From Camelus ferus (taxonomy: Eukaryota): 64,000 nucleotides of DNA. Below, piece by piece: positions 50,719 to 62,970 of the stretch. The stretch covers positions 24,306,001 to 24,370,000 of the forward strand of contig NC_045696.1 of assembly GCF_009834535.1 (NCBI RefSeq). The letters run 5' to 3'. Positions within the stretch are counted from its first letter, which is position 1. Every line of letters begins with the position of its first letter. The notes beneath the pieces are model-generated. The model searched no databases and had not been told where the DNA came from. It saw only the letters and a list, made by a program, of their open reading frames with translations. The translations under genes and the position numbers were made by a program.

Positions 50719-53700
50719 CCAAGCAGAGCAGGACTGTCATCATGAAACAAGTCATGTTGCCTCACTGACACTTACTTTCATCAACACCTAGAAAGGAAAT
50801 AAATAAAGGACTGGGTCTTGTCTGCCAGCTACCCTCTACCTACAATGGAAAACATCACAATGCAAAGCAGGAAGGTTGCACTTGTGACATTTAAAGCAAA
50901 ACAAGGTTTATGCCTCTGTTCTCACTGATGGGCCAAAGAGAATGACAGGTGGCTCAATTCAGGGGAATGATGATCATTTTTAAAAATTTACTTCTTTTTC
51001 TTTTTATTTTTTTTTTAAAGCATCTGTACCTTATGGCAATGGCAGAACACAGAGTTAAGTACAACCCAGAGAGCCAGTGCCAGATGAGTCAGTATATGAA
51101 TTGTGGGCCCAAGAATCCCCGCTGCAGTTAGGAGAGTCTGAGTGCTGAGAAGGGCAACCAAGTCCCTCACCCCATTTCTGAGTTGCCCCAGCCACACCCA
51201 AGGTAAGCTGGAGGTCAGCGCGCACTAAATGGCCTTTTCTGACTCCAGCTATGCCCACCCAACAACCTCCACTCGGCTGAGAAGCCAAGACCTTGCTTCC
51301 AGAGGCAGCCAAAAGCCGATAGCTTTTCCACAGCTGTCTATCATCGCTGGAACTATTACCCCTTTTGGCATGAATATTTGAATTGATGATAAACTTTAAA
51401 AATCTGGAAATTCACACCAGCAAAAGAGCCCCTCTTCTCTGTTTTCTTCCTTTATACACTTAGATAAAATTGATCCCCATATATTTGTGTGATATGATTC
51501 CTTTGGTTTGCTGCACCCAGCTGGCAAGAATAAGCCATCTTTGGTGATTAAATTTGTAGAGTATCCACTCAAGGGCCAGGAGCACCAGAAGCCTTAATGG
51601 AACTTTGGCAGGCAGGACAGACGACAATACAGTACAGCAGGAACGACGGAAGGGGGAGGCTGGGAGGACCGGGAGCTATAATCTTCTCCCTTCTTTTCCC
51701 CAGCAGCTCTGAAAGTGGGCGAGGATCTAAATGAGGTGTTATTTTAGATTATAACTTGTCACACCTAATGGAAGGGACACCTTCAAGCAGCCAGATGCCA
51801 GTTGGAAATTTGTTGGTATCTGGGGATGGAAATGGTTGGCTCATTCATTCATTCAATCGGTCATTTAAATAACATGTATCATGCCCATCAAAGAGGTATG
51901 TCAGTCTCTGGACATGGGAGTCTTCTGGTGATCCCTGAGATATAAAAGAGCCCGTCTGGAACTATCACCGCTAAGAGCCTGCTTATCCAGGCCTGCTGGG
52001 CAGAGAGCACGCCCCCAAGAGAAGTCTGGCATTTTATGGAGTACTGAAAACCAGATTTGATTATCTTCGTGGAGCGCCAGAGAGACTGGTCCACATTACT
52101 CCTGAGAGGAAAATTAAGAGGCTCCCCTACAAACGTATGGCAGCCACATGGATGGGCCGCTCTTTTACCTCCATCCCACTGCCTTGAATTAAGGGAGGTA
52201 GAGTTAGGCTAAAACTTTACTAATTTATGTATTGAATACCTACCAAAGGCAAGGCATCTTAAACCTTGCTCGGTGTTCATTAAGCATTGGGATAAAAGAT
52301 GAATTAAACCTGGGCTCTCCTTTACCTAAAGAGAGAAAACCCTTTTCAAGTGTAATTTCAATACAAGGGTAATCCTGGTAAGGACTATATGAGAAAATGG
52401 ACGGTCTATGGTAAATTGTTTATAAGATTCCCAGAGAGAAAAGATCTTTCTCGAACATAAAAATAAAAAGATAGATATCAACATACATTAAAAATAATGG
52501 TAATATAGATTTTTTTTTTAATGCAGGTACTGCTTTATAAATGCTGGAAAGCAATTGAGACAAGAATGTTAAAAACTGAGCAAGTGGGATGGATTAAGCT
52601 AATAGAGTAAATAATAGTTCCTTAGACTCTCGAAAATGGTAGTTTGAAGTTGTTGTTATTGTTTTTGTTTATTTAAATTAAAGATTCCAGGAAACCAGAG
52701 ACTTCTGGGTAATGTCTAAATTGTTGGGAATTGATCTGACATTTAATGGCAAAACGTTGACTCTCGAAGGCCATAGCGAGGTCAGTGGGTCAGGGCACCT
52801 CCATTACCTAACCTTGGCTGGCCTCTCTCCATGCCATATCAGAGTATTGATCTGGGTTGTTATGTGGGATTGGGCATGGAGTGCTCTATCCTTATTTTAA
52901 CGTTCCTAAAATACTGGGTCTAACCAATACGTTATGTTCTGCCATGATTTGCATTTTTGTGTGATCCCACTAAAGGGGTCCACTATCTCTTGTTTAGCCT
53001 CATATTTTGATTTGTCTATACTCCCTTCAGTCAAAACTTAAGTCTTCTGAACACTCTCCATCCAGGGCTCATTCATGTGGGTCTTACCATTCTCTGGCCT
53101 TCCATCCTATATTTTGCCTTCAAATTTCATTGATTCTCCAGACTTCAGTGGTGCTACCAGCAAGATAGGCAGTTTTAATGTTCATTGAGCTGTGACACTG
53201 AATGAGTGAATAAAATTTTCTATCTTTGTTGCTAAATCCGCTAAATTGGACCCAGTGTCAACAAAAGAGTGCTAGCTTAACTGTGACATATATTCTACCC
53301 TTATTTATATACTTTCTGTTTGGACTCTGTTTGAAGGTTGATTGCTTTTTCAGTTTACCTGTTAGTCATTATATTTCATTTGACTATGAAAATATTGGGC
53401 ATTGGCTTCATAGAACTAAACTGACTCCTCCTTATATTTGAACAATGAAGGAATAATTTAATTTCTAACATTGAAGAACTATAAATAGTTTTAGCCCTTC
53501 CAAATAACTTTTAGATATATTTTCTCATTTTACTCTCATAACTTGTCTATACAATAGGAGTATATTCTAACTCATAAGAGGATCCAAACACATCAAGCAA
53601 ATACATCCCCACCAAAGGTGACTAATGTAGCCACAGGAATAGTTTGCTCTACAAAGGACTCAGTACAATTGGTTCTTGAATCTACATCTTATCCTCATGT

Positions 53701-53732
53701 TCTTATTAAGACCATAAAACGGCTTAGAAGGC

Positions 53733-54782
53733 ATGGTGAAGATTGCAAGTTGTCCACCAAACTCTGTGCTCCACTGATTCCAAAGTAGGCTAGTTATAAC
53801 CGAGATGAAGCTACCCAGCCATGGACTATATTTTTCTGCTCCCTCTGCAGCTAGTTGTGTTAGAGCATGCAGGTAGCTAGATATGAACAGAGAAAGGGGG
53901 GCATGGGCCAAATGGCAGGAAACATACTCTGGTAAACAATGGGGGGTCCTTGGGCAGACAGAGAAAAGCAGAAATCTCAGGACTGATAAGAAATCACACA
54001 TTTTGGGGTAACAAGTGTCCTGGAGGCAGACAAAGAAGAGTGGGAAAAGACAAGAATCTCTATCATCCGAATGTAACCTTTTTCTCATTATGTCTTCATA
54101 AAAATAAAATGAGCCTTGCAGATCAGAAGTACCCATCATGCACCAATGCCATGACACTTCTGATCCAGACAAAATAAGGACAAAAATCCCTCCTTCCCTT
54201 GGGAGAAACATTAAGAAATATAACCCCAAATTCCTCCTTCTCTGATGAATAATCTGCCCACTCATTTTCACATCTTACATAACCAGCTTGCCAGAGAAAC
54301 TCAGGGCAGCTGCTCACCTGAGTCTGCCTGCTCTCCCTTTGAGAGTGTACTATCACCTAATACATTCTCACTGTACTTTCTTGACCTCCATGTTTCATCT
54401 CTGAATTCTTTCTGCGATGAGACAAGGACCTATTCTCCAGCAATACTTGTAGCCGTAAGAGAAAGCTCTTTCCAGTGAAGAGAGCAAAACCGATTAGTCC
54501 CATTCAAGGCTTGCCTTGAAAATTTCCATGTTCACGTCTACAGCTTTTTTTCTTTCCCACAGTCTCAAATATTGATGACAAGCTGGACTTTAGGAGCCGC
54601 ATGTTGAAGATGGAAGGACCAGCCTCATTCTGGGTTCCTGCATGACTGAGTAGAGCAGAGCCTCCCCACCATCCCCCATGCCACTTAGATTGTTACTTGA
54701 GAGATAAATCCACTTGTATTTTATTTCAGCCATTACATTTCCAGGGATATTTATTCAGTGGTTTAGCCTACCTAATTAATAT
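53733..54782 (+). mobile_element. Old MaLR LTR (MLT1J/I-like) split by an ERV1 LTR
   Basis: ctacccagccatggactatatttttctgctccctctgcagctagttg before the insertion; cagccattacattt...tttagcctacctaattaata 3' end after it. Confidence 0.6.
53858..54445 (+). mobile_element. Solo ERV1-class LTR (MER50-like 5' end)
   Basis: tgttagagcatgcaggtagctagatatgaacag start; ctgaattctttctgcgatgagacaaggacc...cagcaata end; imperfect TSD GTTG/CTTG. Confidence 0.75.
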
Positions 54783-54992
54783 GGACAGCTACTTGATTTT
54801 ACTAGGAAAAACTTCAAGAGCATTTAAGCCAGGGCTGGTGATGAGACTAAAAATTATTAAGTGCTAACTTTACAACCTCTCTCGTCATATACTTGATGGG
54901 AGGGGGAAGGTTAGGAGAACAGGAGAGAAGAATAAAAGAGAGGTAAGTCAAGGGTGGAGGAGGCAGTGTGGAGGCAAGACTTGAACTATAAA

Positions 54993-55210
54993 GAGGGAAG
55001 GTATAGCTCAGTGGTAGAGTGCATGCTTAACATGCACAAGGTCCTGGGTTCAATCCCCAGAACCTCCATTAAAAAAATAAGTAAGTAAATAAATAAACCT
55101 AATTACCTCCTCCCTTCAAAAAAAAATCTATTTAAAAAACCGTTTAAAAAATAAGCATGCAAACTAACAAAAAATAAAGTTGAAAACCAAAAAAATAAAA
55201 AATAAATAAA
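54993..55210 (+). mobile_element. tRNA-Ala-derived camelid SINE (vic-1-like), well preserved
   Basis: 72-nt tRNA-like head at 54997-55068 with A box TAGCTCAGTGG and B box GGTTCAATCCC; aaataaacctaattacctcc body; long A-rich tail; TSD core TGAACTA at 54982-54988 and 55214-55220. Confidence 0.92.
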
Positions 55211-56221
55211 AGATGAACTAAAGAGATATTTTTACTTCCTCAGAAATAAGAATGGACTAAAAATATATTTTAAAAAATTGTACCAGGACCCTCCCCCTCT
55301 TTCTTTCTTTTTCTTTTTTTTTTTTTTTTTTTTTACTGCATAAAGTCTTTACTAAGTATTCTGAACTCATGGATGTCACCAGCTAATGAATTCTAAATTC
55401 TTTGCATTTGATTTGCTATTTATTACAGTGAGTCAAATACCAAGAATTTAGCAAGGGTTCTAAAATAAGCACTACAAGAACATTCCCCCTGGACAAATAC
55501 TGCAGAAAGGAACCTCCACGTTTTCTTTTCTTCTTCTTATGTCTTTCCCAATCAATTTGTGTCTTTTTTTCTCTAACAGTTGTCACTTAGATTGTATCTT
55601 AGTAGGTCATCTCAAAAGTCTTGCATGCTGAAGTCCTGAGAAATAGAGAGATAAGCATCACCAACATTTATTGATGACACAACTACTTAATATCTTCCAG
55701 AAGTGCTCACACATACACATTCACGTGAAAATGAGGCCAGATAGAAACTTTAAGGGGAGCTCACTGGTAAGCCCATGGTGGTGGTGTGTGCAGTAACCCA
55801 GAGTCATCACTGCCCTAATAGTATCTGACCTGAGCCTGGCACAACTTCAGAAAAAGCCATGTGTTCAGGCTAAAACAAGAATGAGAAAAAAGGAGAACGT
55901 TGCTCTCTTCTAATGTGGTAAATAGGGCATGAAGGTTTTATAGTTTGCTAGCAGAACCAGTTTTGCAGGTTCCCTCCTTACCCATAGGGCTTAGCTTTAA
56001 GGGAGAAAAAAATATTTTTGTTCAGAAAATACATTAAGACTTTGGTAGAATGTTTGAAAGTGGTATCCAGAAAAAAGAACTAGATTAAAGTTCTAATGTC
56101 TGTATTTATTGGGACAGATTTTGAAACTGGAACTATTACATCTTCATTTTTTTTTTTTTCATGAGTGCCGTACTTCCCATTTCTGCTTTTGGCATGAGGA
56201 AGTGAGAAAAGAAAGCTTCTT

Positions 56222-56435
56222 ATGTGACCCTTAAACGATGCGGGGTTGGGGAGGGTGAACCCCCTCCATTAAAAATCTGAATGTAACTTCACAGTTCACC
56301 CTCTGTATCCAGGGTTCTGCATCCATAGATTCAAACGACGTGGATCGTGTAGTACTGTGGTACATATTTATTGACAAAAATCCACGTGGAAGTGGACCTG
56401 CACAGTTCAACACTGTGTTGTTCAAGGGTCAGCAG
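56222..56435. mobile_element. Tigger2-derived MITE (Tigger2a_Art-like)
   Basis: TIRs tgacccttaaac...gttcaagggtca; aaaaatccacgtggaagtggacctgcacagttcaa; TA after the right end. Confidence 0.8.
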
Positions 56436-58535
56436 TATTAAGTTTGGGTAGAATCCTCATATTCATTTAAAATGGCTCTTCCAGATGGTTTATTTTCAAT
56501 ATCAGGAAGTGATCATTCATTTAATGGATCCTGGTCTTTGACTTTTCCCAGGATCCATTAAATGAAGTAGCTCTAACTAAGAAATCCCCACCAGGTATCA
56601 ATGTGTGTGGCCCTCTGGGTGACTGTGTGTGAGATCCCACAGTTGACAGCAGAGGAATGACATAGAGAGAGGAGACAAAGAAACCATAACATCTTAAGGT
56701 AATAAAATCATCTGCAAAGTTGTTGAACAAGAATATATTTGCACATTTCAAATTTCCTTTCCCTTCAGGTTTCAGTATCTCTCAACAGAGCTGAGGTGCC
56801 TCCTTCATAAGTTTGCTACTGCAGACAGTATGGCAAGGAGGAGACAGCAGAGTAAGAGACAGATGAGGAGAAAAGGAATGTGTGTGTGTGTGTGTATGTA
56901 AATTTCACCTCATCCATCCCTCTCCCCGAGTTCAGTTATGGGGAAGTATTCTCACAACAATTCCTTCCTTTAACGACTTGTCTGCTTTGACAAAGACAAA
57001 TCAACTTCAGCTTTCTGTGACCCTTTGGAAATTAGTCTCTATCTAGTGGTGAAACTGATTTTGTGAAAGCCAGTGTGAAATCTCTGCTTCCCCAGGAAGA
57101 AAATTCTATTTTTCTTCACTGAAGATTGAATAAGAGAAAATAATCTGAATAAATATTATATTCAATTTTAAAAGATATAAATAAAGAGTGCACAGAGATT
57201 GCCTTTAAACGTCAAGTTTGGGACTAAATATATATGCATATATTTTACATGTTCTTAATTAAGAATACTGATAAAGTTATAAAGACTTAATAAAGGAGTG
57301 TTTTAATCCACCCACAAATTAAAATTTTCATTACATTGAAACACCTTTTTCTGAATCAAGAACAAAGTGCTTTTCTTCCTTCCTTCATTGGAGGAGCTAC
57401 AATAAGTTTTCATTCTTAACTTTCATCTTAAAAGTCTGGCTATGCAGCTAGGAGCTGGCTAACAAAATCTCCTCACATCCTCTTCCACAAGGATCTCTCC
57501 GATATTCAGAGTCAATCCTGGCAGGAGTTTTGGAGTTCTAAAACAATCACAGTCTTCTTGTCTCTAATCAGTCTCTGGGACTGCAAGAACTCAGGTATGT
57601 CAGAAAGGTACTTTAAAAGAACAAGAAGTACAAGTCTTGGCTTTGTTCCATTCAAATTAGGGTGGCTGCATTACTGCTCTGTATTTTTTCCTCCGGTGAA
57701 AGCTGTTTCTCTCTGTTTTTCCCTCTCCCCCAAACTTCAGCATTCTGGATCACAAAAAATTATGTGGCAGTCTTATCAACAAGCAGCCCATATTTTTGTT
57801 AAGTAAATGGGGGTAAATTAGAATTGATTCTTATTACTGAGAAGATGCTGTTGTCAAAGTAAATGACGAATTGAGCAAGAAAGGGAAATGCAGTCTGTTG
57901 TCACCATCACTCAAGGCAAGGCTGCACTCAGCCTAAACATGAAAGAGAGACCAGTTGAAAATGAAGACGCTTTATATACTCCTTTGTACTCAACTCTTCT
58001 TTCAGCCTCTCCTAGGAAGGAGAATGTGTTTTCCCTTCCAAGCAAGGAGGCAGCAGGGGTTATCTTTTCTTGGACAAGCTAAAATTTGTCTCCTTGTCAG
58101 GGGAGACAGATGAGGTCAGAGAAGACTCTGTCTCCCAGAACCAGAGTGCAGAAGCTGTGATTCTGGTTCTTGACAAGAATGACGAGTTCTTATTGGCAGA
58201 GCAATCAAGCAAGACACCATCTCCCTTGCTGGACCACAAATTGCAGTGCTGATTTAAAAATTATACACAGGACTTTTTGAGCCACGCCAAGGACCCTTTT
58301 CCCATTTTCGTGTCACTAGTGGTTAGTTTGCTTATTACGAGTGACATCATTTTTTTAAGAGCCATGAAACTATGCAAAGAATAGAAAGACCATAATATGG
58401 TCCCGAGGGGATACCACTGCTCAAAAAGCAAAAATGCTAGTGCATTAAATATGTCCCCTGCAGGGATTAGAAAGAGTAAACTATTTGAAGCAGAATGAAT
58501 GTGATTGGAAGTATTTCTGCATGTCTCTCCCCTCC

Positions 58536-58630
58536 AACTTTCTATTTTGAAAAATTTTAAACCTACAGAAAATTGCAACTACAATACAATAAACACATAA
58601 ATAAATACAATGCCCTTTATGTAGATTTGT
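58536..58630 (-). mobile_element. Old LINE-1 3' end fragment
   Basis: aactttctattttgaaaaattttaaacctacagaaaattgcaa. Confidence 0.55.
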
Positions 58631-59437
58631 TCTAATAGGTTATCTGCTATCCATATGTGGCTTATTGGCCACTTAGAAAGTGGCTGACCCACACTGAACT
58701 GTGCTCTTCTATGTGACATTTGAAAAATAAATACTTCCTAAAGTTTTCTGTAAAGTGAATAGATACTCGGTTCCTAAACCAAGCAGATGAAAATATATAT
58801 GTGTATAGATGCATATATAGTATATTATATATACACACATATGTAATATGAATTCATATTAATATATATGTATAAAGAACATGTGTATGTGTATCTCTGT
58901 GTACATACATTTATCCATGGATCTAGTCTTCACTTTCAATAAGTTGCTCAGAAAAAAGTGACTGTTTGGAAAGGTAGGATGAGGGGTAGGCAGCCAGCCT
59001 TTAAAATGTCTTCATGTTTCTCCTACGGAGTAGACCTAGGCCTAATGAGAAGTTATTTCTTCTCATATTATATATGAAGTATATAATAAAGTAGAAATAA
59101 TTGAATCTCTCCTTTGTAAAACATACACCCAAAATGGACATTTTAAACACTAAGATGTTTCTTTTGGGTGATTATGATTTTACAGAATAGCTTAGATCTA
59201 AAACTTACCTGTTTGAAATCCCCTTTGTTCCTCTACCTAGTCCAAGGCAAGCTAAAATACAAATATAGAATTGTTAAATTTATTTGTAATTAATTCTAAA
59301 TCTAATAATTAATATTCAAAGATTCAATAAATCAGCAAAGTCACTGAAAAGCTTAAAAACCTGCAGTCAGTGATTTTGATCCTCTTTCAATTCACTCTTA
59401 TGTGAAGTGTGACAAGATTGTTTAATAAGTAAATAGA

Positions 59438-60260
59438 CCCTCACATTGGTCAGAATGGCCATTATTAAAAAGTCCACAAACAATAAATGGTGGAGAGGGC
59501 ATGGAAAAAATGGAACCCTCCTATACACAGTCAGTGGGAATGCAGTTTGGTGCAACCATTATGGAAAATAGCATGGAGATTCCTCAAAAAGTGAGAAATA
59601 GGCTTACCATTTGATTCAGCTATCCCATTCCTGGGCACATATCTGGAGGAAACTCTAATTCAAAAAGATACATGCACCCCAGTGTTCACAGCAGCACTAT
59701 TTACAACAGCTATGACATGGAAGCACCCTAAATGTCCACTGACAAATGATTGGATAAAGAAGATGTGGTATAATATATGATGGAATACTACTCAGCCATA
59801 AAAAAGAATGAAACAATGCAATTTGCAGCTACTTGGATGGACCTAGAGATTATCATACTAAATGAAGTACACCAGAAAGATAAAGAAAAATACCGTATCA
59901 GTTATATATGGAATCTAAACAACAACAAAAAAGACACAAGTGAACTTATTTACAAAACAGAACAGACTCACAGACATAGAAAACAAACTTATGGTTACCA
60001 TAGGGAAAGGAGGTGGGGAGAGATAAACTGGGAGTTTGGGATTTGCAGATACACACTACTATATATAAACTAGATGAACAACTAGGTCCTACTGTATAGA
60101 ACAGGAAACTATATTTAATATCTTATAATAACCTATATTGAAAAAGAATATGAAAAGGAATATATGTATGTATATATATGACTGGAACATTATGCTGTAC
60201 ATCAGAAATTGACACCACATTGTAAACTGACTATACTTCAATAAAAAAAAATGGAAAAAA
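59438..60260 (+). mobile_element. 5'-truncated LINE-1 (ORF2 C-terminus, 3' UTR, polyA) with TSD
   Basis: ORF 59777..60073 MMEYYSAIKKNE...FAATWMDLEIIILNEV is the L1 ORF2p end; perfect 11-bp TSD AAGTAAATAGA at 59427-59437 and 60261-60271. Confidence 0.93.
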
Positions 60261-60474
60261 AAGTAAATAGAACTGTACTCAAAGAAATGGTGTTTCCTTC
60301 TAAGTAGCTCCCTCCCTTTGCAAGATGATTCTCTCATGAAAAAAAAATTTTTAAGCATATTTCTGTTAGTACCCACAGAAGTGCTTTATCATACTTCTTG
60401 GTAAGTAGATTTGAATCTTGCAAACTGACAAAATTGTTTAAAACCAGCAGGATGATGCGATTGATAAAACTACT

Positions 60475-60956
60475 TGTATCAGTCATCTTTGGCGGCCATA
60501 ACAGAATATTGTAGACTGGGTAGCTTAAACAACAGAAATTTATTTCTCATAGGTCTAGAAGCTGGGACATCCAAGGTCAAGGTGCCAGCAAGGTAGGTTT
60601 TATTCTGAGGCCTCTTCTTTTAGCTTGTAGGGGGCTGCCATCTCGCTGTGTGCTCTCTTGGTGTGTGAGCATGGAAGAGAGAGAGAGGAGAGAGGGAGAG
60701 GAAAAGAGGGAGAGAGGGTGGGAGAGAGGGAGAGGGAGGGGGGAAGGAGAGGGAGAGAGAAAGGTCCTTAATACTTCTTATAAATCCACCAGTCCTATTA
60801 GATTAGATTAGATTTTCTGTTGATTTATTATTATTCAACTCATGTGACCTCATCTGACCTTAATTTCCTCCTAAAGACTTTATCTCCAAACACAGTCATA
60901 TTAGGGTTTCAGATTTAACATACGAATTTTTGAGGGTCTCCATTTAGTCCATAGCA
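60475..60956 (-). mobile_element. MaLR LTR (MLT1A-like), antisense, with internal GA-rich expansion (~60674-60762)
   Basis: gcttaaacaacagaaatttatttctcata...ccaaggtcaaggtgccagca...ttagtccatagca; flanks CTACT/CTATC resemble a 5-bp TSD. Confidence 0.88.
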
Positions 60957-61119
60957 CTATCTGAATGTTTGACACCCCCCAACACCCCCCAACAAAGGCA
61001 CTAATTATAAAAAAACAGGCCAGTTTCATGCATGTGTGTGTTTATGGCTGAAACAGGACTGGATAAACTTCCAAATGAAAGCTCCAAAAATATTTTATGG
61101 TATGCCAGTATTGTTTGAG

Positions 61120-62716
61120 GAAATATATTAATCACTTCTTTGTTAATTTTTTATCAATAAATAACATATTTCCTTTGCAGAAAACTTGGAAAATGGAGAA
61201 AAAAATAAAGAAAGTTGAAAATATTATATATTATTAAAATTCTCTGAGAATATTTTCCCAGTACCTTTTCTAAATATATTTAAAATATATATTTATTTAT
61301 ATTTATGTATATTATACAATATATATATTTGAAAAGCTTGGAATCATATATCTGGGAAATGTTGTGTGTCTTATTCTTTTGTACTCAGAATTACATCATG
61401 AGCATTTTCTAAATTAAATAATTTGAGGAATTTTTGTTTTCATTTTTCATTGTTGTGCATAAGACCATGGGTTAACCCTTGCTTTTATTTATTCATCCTT
61501 GTGCATAAATATTTGATGCAGGTCTGATTATTTTCTCAGGATAATTCCCAAAGACGAAAATTACTAGGTCAGAAGATGTCAATAATTTTTAGATACTTGA
61601 TTCATATTGCTGACTAGCTCTCCAGCAAGACTGTATCACATGAAACTCTTACATGATATTTGAGAGGGACAAGTTCATTTGCCAATACTAGTCATTATAC
61701 TTAAAAACATCTTTCTCAACTTGTAAAGCAGCCTGAATCTGAGTTTATTTTGCAACTGAGAACTGAATCTGCGTGTGCGTGCTTATTCGACTTTTTCTTC
61801 TTCTATTTGGAATTGCCTATTCCCCTCCTTTGCCCGCTTTTCTTTTGGCAGAGTCCAAGTTTTCTTACTAATTTGTTTTTTTCTGTGGATTTATTATTAT
61901 TCAACTCTTTGCCATATAACCTTGCAATTTGTTTTTGCCAGGTTTCCTTTTGACTCGATTTTGCATTCTTATTTTATAGAAATGTTCGTACCTGCCTAGC
62001 AGTGATTCTCAGATTTACCGTGCATTGGGATCTCCGGGTGTGTTCATTAAAACACAAATTCCTGGGCCCCACTATCAGGGAGTATTATTCATTATTCCTT
62101 TGGTGTGGCTCTGATGACTGCTTTTAGCAAGTAACCCAGCTGATTCTAAATGGAGTAGTTAAGAAACCACACCTCAAAATACTGCCTTGCAATTTCTTAC
62201 TTGGGCTTAATACTTAGAACTTCTCATGGTAATATCACATGAACAGCTAGCCGTATTTTCTCGTGTTATCATTCCTCTGTATCTATTTAATTCAGCTGGA
62301 ATTTATTTTACTGCATGCTTTATCCCAAAATATTGAACAATTTTCCCTGTAACAATTTATTGAATAACACCTTTCCCCACTAATTTACAATTTCGGCTTC
62401 ATATTTACTACAATTTTATAAATATTTGAGTCTTTTGCTGCGCTTGTTTTTTCTGTCCCATTGAATTATCTGTCTATCCCAGACATTATATCTTTTTAAT
62501 GTAGCTGTTACTGTGAAAAAAAATGTCCCTTTCCCAATACTCTTCTTACTCAAAACTATTTTGGCAATTCTCACCTATATAATATAAAAAAATCAATTTG
62601 TCAAAATCAAATAATTTTTAAAAATTTACTGAGTTGTATTTAATCTATAAAGTAATTTGAGATGTCATATCTGTGCAACATTGTAGCTTCCATTGATTTA
62701 TATCTTCTTTTATGGT
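61120..62716 (-). mobile_element. Ancient LINE-1 (L1ME-like) fragments, antisense, interrupted by MER5B
   Basis: ggataattcccaaagacgaaaattactaggtcaga, ttgattcatattgc and ttttctgtcccattgaattatctgtctatcc are degenerate antisense L1. Confidence 0.6.
62000..62185. mobile_element. MER5B-like hAT-Charlie MITE
   Basis: cagtgattctca...aaaacacaaattcctgggcccca...ttttagcaagtaacccagctgattct...aaaatactg. Confidence 0.7.
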
Positions 62717-62970
62717 TGCTGTGGTCTGAATGTTTGCATCCCCCCAAAGTTCATATGTTGAAATCCTGACCCCCAAAGCAGGTAGAACTAGTAAGTGTGG
62801 CCTTTGGGAGGTACTTACATATGTGGGTGGAGCCCTCATGAATGAGATTAGTGCCTTGTTAAGAGGTCTCAGAGATATCCCTGACCCCTTCCACCAGGTG
62901 AGAACACAGCAAGGAGGTGCTGGCTGTGAATCAGGAAGGGATCCCTTACCAGAAAAACATAGTAACCATA
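62717..62970 (+). mobile_element. MaLR LTR (MLT1A0-like), 3'-truncated
   Basis: tgctgtggtctgaatgtttgcatcccccaaagttcatatgttgaaatcct...gggtggagccctcatgaatgagattagtgcc. Confidence 0.88.

Noticed and set aside
29647..51951. Identical 14-mer AGATATAAAAGAGC at 29647-29660 and 51938-51951
   Set aside because: Several repeated 14-mers are expected by chance in 64 kb of AT-rich DNA, and the flanks do not match.
54997..55068. Genuine tRNA-Val/Ala gene
   Set aside because: Acceptor and anticodon stems have mismatches, and it is followed by a SINE body, A-tail and TSD with no oligo-T terminator.
60674..60762. Polypurine GA tract as a triplex/G4 element
   Set aside because: Common simple-repeat expansion inside MLT1A-type LTRs.
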